A stretch of 63,794 bases of DNA, the filler included, from Dicyema japonicum (lineage: Eukaryota > Animalia > Dicyemida), in NCBI GenBank assembly GCA_011109175.1. It is 9 parts of 9 records of this genome, joined end to end, with 100 filler letters (N's around TTAATTAATTAA, not from the genome) between each part and the next. Parts side by side here need not be neighbours in the genome. Positions count along the whole stretch, not along the records: positions 1 to 16,520 come from RDEW01000202.1; 8 more parts are not named here. One strand, written 5' to 3'. The notes below the pieces were generated by a model. That model saw only the letters and a program-made list of their open reading frames with translations. It was not told the origin of the DNA and ran no database searches. Shown here one piece after another: positions 1-14,125 of the stretch. Within the stretch, counting starts at the first letter, position 1. Every line of letters begins with the position of its first letter. A program made the position numbers and the translations under genes.

Positions 1-819
1 GGCACAAGGGAACTTAACTAATTAATGTTTTCTCGGGACTGCTTTTAATAATAATAATTGTTGTTGGGTGACGAAAATTTCGTATTCTCACTAGTATAAC
101 ACAATTTAGTTCTGGACACTTCCTCCTAAGAAACGAATCTGGCTCTTGGCTTTTTCCATCGGATCAATTATCATTGATTCTACAAGAAGCTTGTCCTATA
201 AATTAACGAAAAAGGCCGACTGGTTATTTTGTCGACTGCCTTAAGATGGCACATTGCCAACGTGGATCTCTTGAAGTCCATTACAGATTTATCAAGACAT
301 TTAGCAGACATGACAATAAATAAAATTGAACATTAGAAAATCAAGACTCGCTTTTTGTGTTAAAGTTTATTGTTTTACCCAGCAGCAAGTTGGACATCCG
401 TTTTAACGGTCGAGATAACTGACCGAATCCATTGAAAGGACGGAGCCCATGTTCAGTCTTGACGACGTCGTAGTAACTGCAAATTCTCATGATTTTTAAT
501 TGTAAATTATAGAGTTTTAAATTATCTTGACTTTATGTTAGTTTAATACTATTTCTAGTTTATGTGGAAAATGAATCGAACGGTTTGCTTATGAAAAGAT
601 CTATTAGACCTGTTAACGATCGTTATGGCTGGACCGCTCCGTGTTCCACCATTCTACACAAATATGGAGGAATTGGTTCTGAAACTACGCATAGTAGCTT
701 TCGCGAAAGAGGCGAGATCTTTTGATCCCCATCACGTGAAAAGTTGACGGGTTAACGGTAAAATCATCTTCATAGAATAATCGTTTTCTGTTGGTATGTT
801 TGTAGAAATAGTTGATATG

Positions 820-1420
820 TTTGTTTGGCTTGAGATTTGTCTTTTCCTCTGAAAATCGACATTCCCGTAATCTGGAGTGTAATCTCTCATAAGGGCCTCC
901 AGAGGCGTAGGTCCGGTTCGATGATCATCACAAATCCAACGTTCCGTTACTCTGTAAGCCCTCTTTGCATTTCCTTAATTTTCCTCATATTTGTCCAAGA
1001 TATGGACGGTCCCCACGAGGCGCATGCATTTGAGAAACATAACTCGATGTACTGTTTGTACACGTTCATCAGGACCGGGTGAGTGTTACTCTTGCATATT
1101 TCAGATAATCTTTTCAATACGTTCAGTTTCTTCTAGCATTTCAATAGAATGTTTTCTACGTGTGGTGTCAGAGATGCATATCAATTGTCATACCCAAGAT
1201 CCTTGACAACTTTTGAAAGGGATGCCGACCTTGTTTAATTTAAAGGTGACTGTCTTCCTTCCCAATCTTTTGACAGAGGTAGAAAGTGACGTAGACGACT
1301 TCTCTGCATTTATCATGAGCCGGTTTTCCATTTTCCAGGCATTAAGCCTGTCCAGGCTAATATGTTACATTCTGTGGCTTTCTGGATGTTCAACCAGATG
1401 TTGATGATATATGCCAAAAA
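820..1420 (-). mobile_element. Degenerate non-LTR retrotransposon, C-terminal part of reverse transcriptase (Jockey/I-like)
   Basis: Minus-strand pieces read LDRLNAWKMENRLMINAEKS, LGMTID.HL, LYKQYI and ASWGPSISWTNMRK, typical of the post-YADD region. Several frameshifts; boundaries approximate. Confidence 0.55.
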
Positions 1421-2055
1421 ATAATAATTAAGTGTATTTCATTTTTTAATTTATATTTGTTTTTATTGAATCATAATTCAATTACCATTTCTCGCCGCAT
1501 TCTCTAATTTATTGTTGTTGATTTATTACAAATTTTCCCATTAAGTAACCAATTTTGTCCTCACTTTTAGGTATCCAAAAAAAATTAATATTTAATTTTT
1601 TAATGTGTGCCGTGGATTATTTTTTTACGATTAGTGTGCCGTGATAATTATTTTCTGAAAACCTATTCTATAGATGAATAAATTTTTTTATATATAATAC
1701 TAATTAAAAATAGTTTTATGATAATGACGATTTAATTAATGGAAAAAATAACTAAAAACTTAATAAAAATGAAGATTTATTTTTTTAGGCTTGACGAGTG
1801 ACGCCGTCATCAGTGGACTCTCACTGCGGAACTGGATCGTCTAGAAAGGACCCACACACAAGAAAAAAAAATAGAAGTGAAGATCATTCCTTGGTTTTTT
1901 AGTTAAAATTAACTGTTCTTTACTTAAATAAATTGTGTGTCCTGCCTATGCGGAGCTAATACCTCGGCTCCGTGAAAAAGCTATTATTATTATTATTATT
2001 TTTTAGAATGGCAAACCAAAAAAATACAAGGGAAGTATAGAAAAGGTTATATAAA

Positions 2056-3299
<1,244 letters not shown>

Positions 3300-5849
3300 C
3301 AAATTTAAGAAAATAAAATACTATCTCCAACATGTAAATAGAATGGGCTTTAGTAAAATGACAGGTTTGTAAACTGAGAGTAAAGTATTAGTAGCGAATC
3401 GGTCAAAGTATTGAGTTACTGACTAGTGGCTCTGGTGGGTTAAGATACGATTCTTGTGATTTAATATCTTCATCTTCTCAAAGGGCGTATTATCTTTTGT
3501 CCTCTTTCTTAATAAATACAGGAGACATAAGACAGTGAGGATAACAATTCTAGTCGTGATTTTCGTTTGCTTATCCTTCTGGAGATGCAAAAAAGTTTAT
3601 CAGTACTCGGTTGATGATTTGAGGTAAAGACCGTAACCCTTATTTTGCAGGAATATCTTATATCTTATAATACCTTGCGAGAACCATAATACTTATAGCT
3701 CTGCAAGACACATTCTTTACAGTAAAAACAGTAATACTCACCAATCGTTCCTGGTTCTGTCCCTGTTCCGTAGTGAGATATTCATTGATGTAGATCATCA
3801 ACCAAAAAAAGCATAGTTGATGAGTGGAAGCTTCATTCGAAACGTAAAACAGCGAGATTAAACATTGATCCTACTAAATTTAGTCCCTTGCTTATGACAC
3901 TGCGTATTAAGAAGAATGTTTTTATCTTCCTAAAATGGATCTGATTTTCGTTTCACCTTTCTAATGTAAATAGACAAAATGACAGACTCAAAAGCATTTG
4001 ATACGCGAAATATCCGAACATGTTAGTTTCAAACACACTATGCTTAGAGTACGAATCTAATGTGTCATAAAATTTGAGGTACTTGGACAAGTCTTGCTAA
4101 ATGCAAGAAGGGAATTATAAGTTAATAACAATAATAAATTGATAGTTAAGTAAGGGAATTAAAGGTTCTTTTCGAGAAACGAAAGAATTAGATTGTCGTT
4201 AATAATTTTCTAGGAAAAACTTAAAGTAATCCTGAATCAAAATTGTACACAACAAATGATTGAAAAGTACTGACATATAGAGTCAAACCTCTTCCACCAC
4301 TACCACCCAATATAAATCTGGACCCGAGCATCAAAATCAACTCGCTGTCACTAACTTAACCGAACACAAGTATTAATGATAAGAAACTATGACTCGATAT
4401 GCCGATTAGACTTGGTTAGGAAAATACCTGTTTTCTACAAGAGCTTAGACTCTTTGGTCTTGAATTCCAAAATATAAAGAATAAGACACGTTTTAGCTTA
4501 TTTTGAAATGTAAAACAATAATACGGACATAGTGGATAAACCGTTTCGAACTAATTCTAAAAAACTTACCTCTATGGACAGAAAGGACTGTCTTCCCGAT
4601 TTCATAAAATGCTTGGCTTTTTCTACCAACTCCATTATTTGAAAAAAAAAAGACTATGGGCTGCCTGACTGACCATCAAGTCCAAAGCAGAGACAACTAC
4701 ACTTGTGCGACTAAGTTTCTCTATTGACTTTAGGAAGATACTTTGTGAATGAACTTATAAGCCAACAGTCATCAAAAACGCAACAAACCCAACCCTCGTG
4801 AAGTCCTACAAAAAGAAACTAACGGCGGAACTAACCGGAAGAAAGCTAGGGGTCTTAGACTATACGCAGATGGAATGCTGCCCTTGTAATACTCAAAATA
4901 ACAGAGAACACATTGGTTGAGGTCTCGACTAACTCAGGAAAAGGACTTGCAATGGAGTAATACAAAGCAGAAAGAGAGAAACTGGTATGTCTCCTTATCC
5001 TGGTTTATTGTGCCTGTCATCTAAAGGACTAACATACACCATCAATCATATTAATTTAGGCTAGGAAGTTCAGAAAATTACCGAGTGGTCTTGGACATGT
5101 GTCATAACACATCTGGAGGCCCAAAAATAAATCGGGTTTTTTTATCAATTAACCAATTCCAATTGGTATCACCGGTAACCAAAAAGGCTCAGTGGTGAAA
5201 AAATATTTGGGCACGTTTTGTTGCCTATAAATTCTGATTGGGACAAATGGGGACTTTGTGTGAGACACACAAGTTATAAGGAGGAAGGTCTTCCTGTATG
5301 TCTGAATAAGCAACGACAGAAGAGAGCAAGTTATTGTTCCTACTCTGACAAATTGATAATTATTTGGTTGAAGTTGTGACGTCTCTCTATGTCTGATTCA
5401 CGCTCGGACGTCTGTAACGTGCTATCATTACTTTTAACGCCAGAGGCCTCAACGATCGAGCGGTAAAGCATCTACTTTTACAAAATAGTTGCCTCAACGA
5501 CCGAATGGAAAAATTATTAGATTGGGGGAAAGATTGATGGATTAAAAAAATAAGTGAAAGATCCATAACTCCTATATAAGAAACTGAGACGATTATTAAA
5601 AAAGAGATTGTGCGTGTGTAGTACCAAGACCATAGGGTTGATTTTCAAATAAGATACCCCTTACGTAACCTCTCACCACAGATATAGCACGCCTTGCATA
5701 TCTATCCTCCTTGAGCTCTAATCAGCTGTTGATCAAGCTGATTCTCAATACCTAAGAATCGTAAGAGATCAGAGATGTGGAGGCATCAGGCTGCCTGAGC
5801 AGGGAGACCTTACAGGTTTACCTGCGAAGATAAATATGAGAGGATTCTG

Positions 5850-6340
5850 AATCAATCAACCCAACACCGACGCGCCTGTCTAGTCACTGGAAGATGGGAA
5901 TGTACTGGTGCTCGGATCAATGCCCTCTCCGTTGGTAGTGTCGGGACCCACCTTAACGACGACAATGTCCGCATAGGCATCTCACAAATGCTGATGTGAG
6001 CGCACCGTCGATTGTTATGGACACCATGCCCTCTCTTGTCGAAGAAGTACAGGACGATTCCCTAGACATAAAGCGATCAACGGAATCGTCAAGCGAGCCC
6101 TGGAGTCTGCGGACATCCCACCATACTTGAACCTGTTGGATTGGACGATGAGAAGGAAAACGGCTTGACGGTTCCGTGTTCTAAACCTTTGGTCTGGGAT
6201 GCTACTTATGTCGACCCCTTTGCCCATCCGACATTGTCGAGAGTGCAATAGACACACTGCATGCCGCGGAAAAAACAATGAGGGCCAAAGGAGAATCTCT
6301 GATGGCTTCGAGGTTGTCATTTTGAACCGGTGACTGTCCA
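5850..6340 (+). mobile_element. CRE-like non-LTR retrotransposon 3' fragment (zinc knuckle plus restriction-like endonuclease), degenerate
   Basis: Reads VGTHLNDDNVRIGIS, DCYGHHALSCRRSTGRFPRHKAINGIVKRALESADIP, LEPVGLD and LVWDATYVDPFA, with frameshifts. Confidence 0.75.
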
Positions 6341-7249
6341 ATCAAAAGGGCAAGCTTCGTTCACGGCTTCTATATTAGACCGTCTTGTCAAATTTGCTGT
6401 AGAATCCGAGCCGGAAGGTGCCCGATTCTCTGTGGCTCATCCTCATATATCATGGATTTGTATTAAAGGTACAATATGTTAGCGATCTTAATCGTGCTCA
6501 TAGCAGAGTAGACTGAGATCTTCACAGTCAGGTTGTCTGAGTATTCCTAAAGGTGTCGGTCGTTCTCGTATCGGTTTCACTAGTAGGTTCAGCTTTCTTG
6601 TTTTGGGATCTGGTTCTGGATGGACATCTTTATAGGAATTCCGTTTGCGGATTTAGATTCTTTAAGTCATGCAGGGCCTCTTGTTTTCTTTTGTAAAGGA
6701 TTTAACCATTGAAGTTCCTGGAGGGCGGGAAGAGTTGCTACCCACTACTGCTCAGTATTTCTCTGTTTTTCTTTAGTACCATTCTTGATTAATTCGTGAC
6801 TTTAATTAATAAAATTTTATTTAGGAAAGAATAGATAACAAATGGTCATATAGCGGCTGCCTTGACTGCCGTGGCTATTCTCTCTTAGGATGGCAACGAG
6901 AATCGTTCAAATGACCAGCAGGCGCTCACGAGGGTCTCCTGATCGTGAAAATACGATTCCCTATACAACTCAAGAATTCCAGCGTCGCAGTCGCAAGGAA
7001 ACCAGACGTCTCTAAGGGAAAGTGGAACAAACGAAAAATCCTTTGGTAGGGACCGCGTACTTTTCCCGTTACAACCACTCTGCCTTCTCAGCGACAGAAT
7101 TAATTTTTCCAGAATAAATATAATCTGTAATATTTCTAAAATATGCATCTACAAGGTGCAAGTTGGAAATGTCCAATTTTGCGAAAGACCACAACTTAAA
7201 ATAGACCAGAGCATCTTGTGAAGTATATAATTATTTTAATTAAACATGT

Positions 7250-7600
7250 GAGTTATCTTGTAGCACGTTGTGGAGAGGCACATACAATTGCCCAAAATCT
7301 TATAAAGCCATGAGTATAAAAAAATCATCGAATATATTTTATGGCGAACAAATGTCTAAGAAACTGGATCTTGTTCTTTGTCAAAATAATACCATTTCAC
7401 GGCGAATTCAGAACTTTCGGAAAATATTGAAACGCAGTTACTAATTCGTTTGAATAATTCTAATGGTTTTGCCACTCAAATTGATAAGTCTACTTGATGT
7501 TGAAGGATTGGCAGTTTTATTGCGTTTTCGTTTCGATACCCATTTGACGATATTATTGAAGAAGACATGTAATTGGGCTTATTATGGGAAAACAGGTAAT
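7250..7600 (+). mobile_element. Degenerate hAT (Buster/Charlie-type) transposase fragment
   Basis: Reads HTIAQNLIKP, RRIQ and ENIETQLLIRLNNSNGFATQIDKST/DVEGLAVLL, matching the first catalytic Asp region of Buster-type transposases. Confidence 0.65.
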
Positions 7601-7746
7601 GTTTTTTCTAATTCGAATGTCGTATGACTAGGACGTTAATGGGGGAGACCACACTCTTAAAGGACACGCGCAGTGGATTCATTAGATTTCATTAATATGC
7701 TTTTATGAATAATTTATATATTTATGTCTGTATGTTGATCTCTTAG

Positions 7747-8480
7747 GAAGAGGAAAACCTGGAGATTGTTGCTGAGAGATTTGGGAACGAGTTGAGTAAA
7801 TGTATTCGAGGTATACTGACTTTGTGATGTAAGGTCTCAATTATTTGCCACGAACATTCAGTTGTTGGTAACTTTGATGTATCGTTATAACGTGGATATT
7901 GTTAGGTCCAACCTTGTCATGATTGTCGGAGATTTGGAATCTCGACTTCCCAATATAATTGATCCCTGGATTATTTAATTATAGTAGGTTGGAGGATAAA
8001 AATATCAAAGTGAGGAGAATGCAGTTTTAGTTATCTCCACGCCTTCTCTTAAACGAGATTGTTAAGGCTAAGAAATCAGTGAGTGCAATGACTTACGTCT
8101 GTTGTTGACTCTGACGACAAGATTGTTAGAGATTCGAATTGTCCTTAAAAGTATCGTAGGGAATATCTTATAATTATAAGCCATCTAATGTATGCTAAGC
8201 AAGTCAAAATAGCTGTCTTCGGCAAGATTATGACGTCATTTTTTCTCATTATGTTTAGTTTTCTTTTTTTTCCTGATTACTAAGAACGTACAAAGCGAGA
8301 ACTTAGAACTGCGACGTTGCTTAGTTTATAACTGTAGTGAGGCTGACCAGGACCAAAACTGGTCATGTGTGTTTCCAAGTAGACTTTTACTCACGTTGTT
8401 TTTCAAAACTGAAGGATAATATTCAATGTTTGTAATCATTTTAAGGACTCTTAAATTTACAATTACTTTTCTATTGTCCT
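7747..8480 (+). pseudogene. NCAPD2: Condensin I subunit CAP-D2 (Cnd1 domain) fragment, disrupted
   Basis: After tiny GT-AG introns (7811-7833, 23 nt; 7879-7905, 27 nt) it reads RSNLVMIVGDLESRLPNIIDPWI, YSRLEDKNIKVRR and LNEIVK.KKSVSAM, similar to CAP-D2 RSNL..GDLA.RFPN..DPW...Y.RL.D. Frameshifts and stops are present. Confidence 0.65.
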
Positions 8481-11400
8481 TAATAAAGCTGCAAAGTCGA
8501 TCAAAAGTCCAAGATAATCTGTTGTCTAAATGAAAATTTAAAAAGACTTAAAATTTCAGAATAGTCGTCTTCGAAGAGACAATGACAGCGAGGAGATTAG
8601 GAATTTAGTGGCAGACCCCCCTGTTGCTAGTCTAGCAGGTCTGGGCAATTTTATTCGTTCACGTGAAACACTTCCTTATCGTAAAATGTGCCGAAACGCA
8701 GTCTGAACATCAGGAAAAATGCGAACACTGCTGAGGGAGGCAGGATTACTAATTTTTTTTCGTTTGGGCTATGACAGTGGTTTTCTGGTTCAATTAATTT
8801 AAATTCGAATAACCGGGAAAATTTGAATTTTGTAAGGCTCTCCCGGGTCACTATGGAAACAACACTTACAAAACCTCCAACATTTCAGACTATCCTGTTA
8901 CGGCGATACTATTCGTGCTCCTTCTGAAGGGAACGACCGTCAAAATGATACCTTCGATGCACCGGTGTGTTTTCTAAATGGATAGAAAGTGCGTTGTGTT
9001 GCGGGAGGAACATACAATAAAGCTGAGAAGCGACCTCTGCAGCCAATATACTCATAGAATACTATTCTGCTTGCCAAGGGAGCTATTTTTGTAGAACAAC
9101 CAAGATTAAATCTACCACTTGTACTAATGGATGACTTAAACATTTGAAAAGTAGTTGAAAACATCGGAAGAGATCATTGGCCTACAATTGAGGAATGTGG
9201 AGAGACTGACATTTAAAATTGTGACAGAGATACACGTGTTCTTTGTTCAGAAACTTGTGGTTTCTGAATCTCTCTTAAGTCTCACTTCATCCATACTCAT
9301 GAGAAGAGGCAAGACAAAGATAATGAAACAATGTTGACATTTCTTGCAAATGGAAACCGTCACCATCTCTAGCCACTAACTGGCCACTAACTGTCTTACA
9401 GAAATTATTTGAAATGTCACTTAGGCGTTCTTTTAGACATTGGAAACGCAATCTCGTCCAGGATGGGGGATCCTGAAAGCGGCGTTGATTCTTCGAATGT
9501 CTTGGAATTTCTATTTTAAAAATAAGAGGAGATCCATCTTTTTAGTTTTTGTAGAGACACGGATATGGTCAATACAGCAACGTTTGGTACTTTCATTAAG
9601 CCTTATGGTGAGTAACGACTATTTTTAGAATTTATGGACATCCGTGGAGTCGTACTTTCCGAATCCCTGACGCGTTAAATTCTGATACTGATATCTTCAC
9701 ATCGATACATTCACACGCAAAAGCGACATTTTACTAATATGCGTGCTCACATCCCACGTGTCATCTATATATAAAGTACTTAGTTAGTGTGTCAGTTTGT
9801 CCGCATAATAACTTTTAAACAGGAATTTTCATCGGTTTTTTAAATTTCGGAGTTCAGTTTTCTCCTTAATTTTCAACTCCTTCTTCTTAGCAGCTTTGAT
9901 GATAAAATATTTGTTTTATTTAGTCATTTTCGAGTGATACTTCAAATTTAAGCCAGTTTGCACGTTTTCATTTGCACCATCAGCATTTCGTGATTAAAAA
10001 AATTACATTATTTCCAAAGACCAAGGGTAACCAAACTAACTAACTCCTCGATCCTGACTCGTTCCAGCATTCCAAGAACTTGTCACCAAGTAACGACGTT
10101 GTCCCCGGGGAAGAATTGTCGGATCCTCTTGATGCCGACCAGGCATTGGGGGCCTCCTCAGTAAGGTGGATCCAGTGCCGCCATCGGAAGGAAGAAAATA
10201 CAACTATCCACGTAGCACCACATGGCGTCAAGTTTTTTTAATGATGTTTGATTTCGGCCTATCTTTTGATGATCGTCTTTTTGATATCTCAGAAAATCCA
10301 ACTTTGTTTAATTTTAAATCCCTTTCATTATTCAAAACTAAATTTTATTCGTTTTCAGCTAACTTGGTCCTAACGTTATCCAAATCACACTTCAACACGT
10401 TGCTTTCAGCCTCAATGCTCTTCACTTGAGTTTAAAAAATAGCATGAACTTCGAATAGCTGCTCAAATGTCTCTTTCATCCCCAGAGGTTTCTTTCTCAA
10501 GCTCATCCTTTTCAATTTTTCCTCGGTCCCCCTGCTGGTATCCATTCTACGGTTCATATGTTTGATTTCATAGTCCTATGTACTCTCACTACTCTGAAGA
10601 ACTTGATTATAAATCAGTTCCTCTTGCCAGGAGTATTCTTGATTATAGATTCGCTCCTACTCAGCTTTTGAGATGTCGCAAAATTACCACATCAACGTAT
10701 TTTGTCTTTAAATTGAATTTACTTCAATTTTCGTTTTCAAAACTGAGACGCTTTTCTTGTTTTCACCTTCCTGGTTCGTCTCGCACAGATTATTCATTAA
10801 AGTTTAACTGCTTTTCGAGTTGCTTACGTCTCATCTCTTCATTGAGAATTGTATCCATTTTATTTGCTTATTCCTCTGCGGAATTAAACCTCGCTATAGA
10901 TGTCGAGATTTTTTCTGAGTTGGTTATCGGCCAAAATCAAGTCAACTCTCAATAAAAGTAGAATGAATTCATATTTATTCAAGTCAATCCTGCGGGAAAA
11001 TGATTCAAATCTCTACCAAGGCTAATTTCTCGATCTCTTTGTTCCTCGAGTTTATCTGCATTATAAGGTCATCACACTGCCAGATGATTTTGGATTTCTC
11101 AATTTCGAGGATCTGTAAATCTCGTAACATTTTTTGAGTTCGTAGTATTCTCTTGATTATTTAACTATCTTAGATGATATTTTATCAGTTGTGACCTTTT
11201 CAGCTGGTTTATCTTCTCTTTCCTTTCCTCCATCAGCCTATTTATGTGTAGCGTCAATTCCTTGAGTTTTCCTTGATCTTTTTTATGTATTTTTTTAATC
11301 AAAGCGAAATCCTCATTGTGTATGGCGGATTCTTTTTCCAAATTTCCAGTTTACTTTGATCTGAGTTTATCTTAAGCTTCAAATCGTCGATTTTCTTGCC

Positions 11401-12070
11401 AAGCAGAAATATTCGGTCTCCGTTTATTACTCGTTTTACCTGATTTGGATTCTTAAGGATGCAGGACGCAAGTTTTCAACAGGTCCTTTCTAGACTGGTA
11501 TTAATCTGAAAAGTCCTTGTTAGCTATCATATCATTCAGCAATTTCTGATGGGTGAAATTCTGAAGATGTGTTATCTGGTCCTGGAGAGTGACCAAATTT
11601 GAGCTTCTTTATCGCTTTAGTGACCTTCTCCGGTAGATGATCAGTTTGAGTTTAGTGTCTTTTTGCGTAAGTCATATTTCTTGTTCAAAGTGTCATGCTC
11701 CGAACTCTGTCTGTTCTGCAGCATTCCTATTGTTTTTAAATTTCTGTCTTGCAACAAAAGATTTCATGATTGGTTCTTCCTCTTCATTAATCGAATAGTC
11801 ATCAATGTTACAGCATGTTAAAGAGTTCGACCTCTTTAATCTTATTTTCCAAGTGGGTGGTGATGTTGATTGTTTAAGAGTTTGATTTTTTCTCAATTCG
11901 CCTTCTCTCTTGTTTCAGTTTGGAAACAGTTTGCGGATTACATTATTTTCGGATCTGATCCTTAAATCCTTCTGCAGATACAATAAGGATAACATGTCTG
12001 GGTGACGGCGATTGCTTAGGTATCCAAGGTGATTACCAGCCGCGGAAAATATCCCCCTCACAGTTTCGAA

Positions 12071-12990
12071 TCATATCTTTCCTGGTTTAAGATCCGTTCT
12101 TATACTTCTGTTGACTCTGATACACACTCTTAATATTCTGTTTTGCAGTCTTGCTAACGAGTCAAAGAGTTCAGTCATTATACCTCCTTCTTGATCCATA
12201 AAATGCTCACCACATTGTGTTTGGATGAAACATCTCCTTAGATTTTGAATGTTGATCTGATAGCCATCTTCCGCAGTTAGATCAGATTTTGAATTAATTT
12301 TTGCAGACAAAATTCTGTGGTCACTGATAAGAGTGAGTCTTCTATAAGACCCCGAGTCGCGTACAAAGATTTGTCTCTTATTCGACAAGCAATATAATCA
12401 ATTATAAATCTTTATCGGATTTCCGGTGTTCAAAAGTCAGGAGCCTTCCCAAATTGTATTATGACGTCCGGAATGTTGGAATTGTGTGTTGCACATGAAC
12501 AAGTCAAAAGCATCCAAGAAATATGCTAGATCAGTGCCAGAATAGTTTTTAATCCACCTTCCGTGTGGTCCAATAGAACGTTCGTATCCTTTTCGTACCC
12601 AAACTATAGCATTCCAATCGCACTTAATAGGATGAATGAAGAAGTCTTCAGCTAAAATACAATCTTGACAAGTTCTTCGTAGAAAGCACCCAATTCCTCC
12701 AGTCTTAGAAACGCGGCCACTGTGCGTGGCGTACACATTCACAAGAAAGATAAGCTGTCTAGATTTTCCTCTACGTCCAATAAGTAATTGAATAACGCTA
12801 ATCCGATTATTTATCTTCAAAAAAGCGATGTAATCCAAAAAGTAAATACTTGTGCACAGAAAAAACCTGTCCGTAGAATTTGTAGTCCGATGGGAGTAGA
12901 ATTAGTCTATAGTTTCCAGAACGTTCGTCAACTCCTCTTCTGATTTTCATCTCTTGGAACCAGCAGACTGAACATCGAATCATTAATATT
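12071..12990 (-). mobile_element. RTE-like non-LTR retrotransposon, apurinic endonuclease domain, degenerate
   Basis: Reads LVNVYATHS, DWNAIV, SIGPHGRWIKNYSGTDL, FMCNTQFQHSGRHNTIWEG, IDYI and SDHRILSAKI (APE motifs). Frameshifted. Confidence 0.75.
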
Positions 12991-13479
12991 CACATATTAA
13001 TAATTATTTTTACAATCTTTGGATTTTATTTAAGTAGTGATAAGATAAATATTATTAATATTAAATTAATATTTAAAAATATTAAATTTAAATAAATCAA
13101 ATAGTGGGAAACAAAGGTTGATAGTCGGTAAATGCAAAAGGAAAGAATTTATTTGATAACAGATATGAAGAATGACAAAAAAATCTGAGAAGGAATGTTG
13201 GGTAATCAATATGAAGACTGTATAACATACATTATAACAGAAGAGTGTTACAACTGATGAGGATGGTTAACTTGTGCCATCAGTCGATTTTTATTTTATG
13301 GATGAGGATGGAAAAAACTTAAGTATGTTGAATTGTAACAAAAGCTAACTATGCTTTATAAAGCATATTTTTACGTGCTGTGTGATGATGTTCTCATTGG
13401 ACACAAGCATTCAGGAAGGAATAAAAAATTTTGAGGATTTATGACTTCGTATTTTATTTATGGAAATGTATCATATCTA

Positions 13480-14125
13480 AAAACATATGCCCCTATGCCA
13501 TCATGGCCCTCACCAAAATTTTCAACCTTTCAATCAACGAAAATTGTATTCCTTCCATATGGAAGCTATCAAACATACGACCAATTCTGAAACGCGGGCG
13601 ACCAAAGGGATCACCAGCCTCATACAGACAAATATCTCTCTTATATGTTACATCAAAAATTTTGGAAAAAGCAGATTCTTGAACTAATCAAACCATACCT
13701 TCCTGATGCACCTTTTCAACACGGATTCAGAAAAGGGCACTCCACAGAAACGCATCTTACATGCCTTACAAATTTCATCAAGGATAGCCTAAAACACAAA
13801 CCTCATTAGAAGTCATTGTTATGCTCCATCGATATAGAAAAAGCTTTCGACACTGTCCCAAGAAAGCTTTTGATAAAAAAAATCTTTACGTCAAAAATCC
13901 CAAACAACCTGAAAATCTGGATCGCTAATTTCCTAAATGGAAGAAGAGGAAGAATGACTGCTGGAAAAAACTAGGTCAGTGAACAAGTTCCTTCCAAATG
14001 GGGTCCCTCAAGGATTCTCCACTGTCACCACACCTGTTCAACCTATTCCTAAATGATATGCCCTACCTTACCAGTGACAATACTCTGGTTCTGACATATG
14101 CAGATGATATAATCGTCGAAGTCAA
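13480..14125 (+). mobile_element. Jockey/I-like reverse transcriptase fragment
   Basis: Reads IFNLSINENCIPSIWK, SYRQISLL, QHGFRKGHST, IDIEKAFDTVP, GVPQG, LFNLFLNDMP and YADDI, with stops and frameshifts. Confidence 0.85.

Noticed and set aside
9764-9830. TCTATATATAAAG... resembling a Helitron 5' end
   Set aside because: No matching 3' hairpin plus CTRR terminus or Rep/helicase remnant was identified.
10250-11930. K/E-rich coiled-coil-like coding remnants on the minus strand
   Set aside because: Too many frame breaks and no recognisable family; a gene model cannot be supported.
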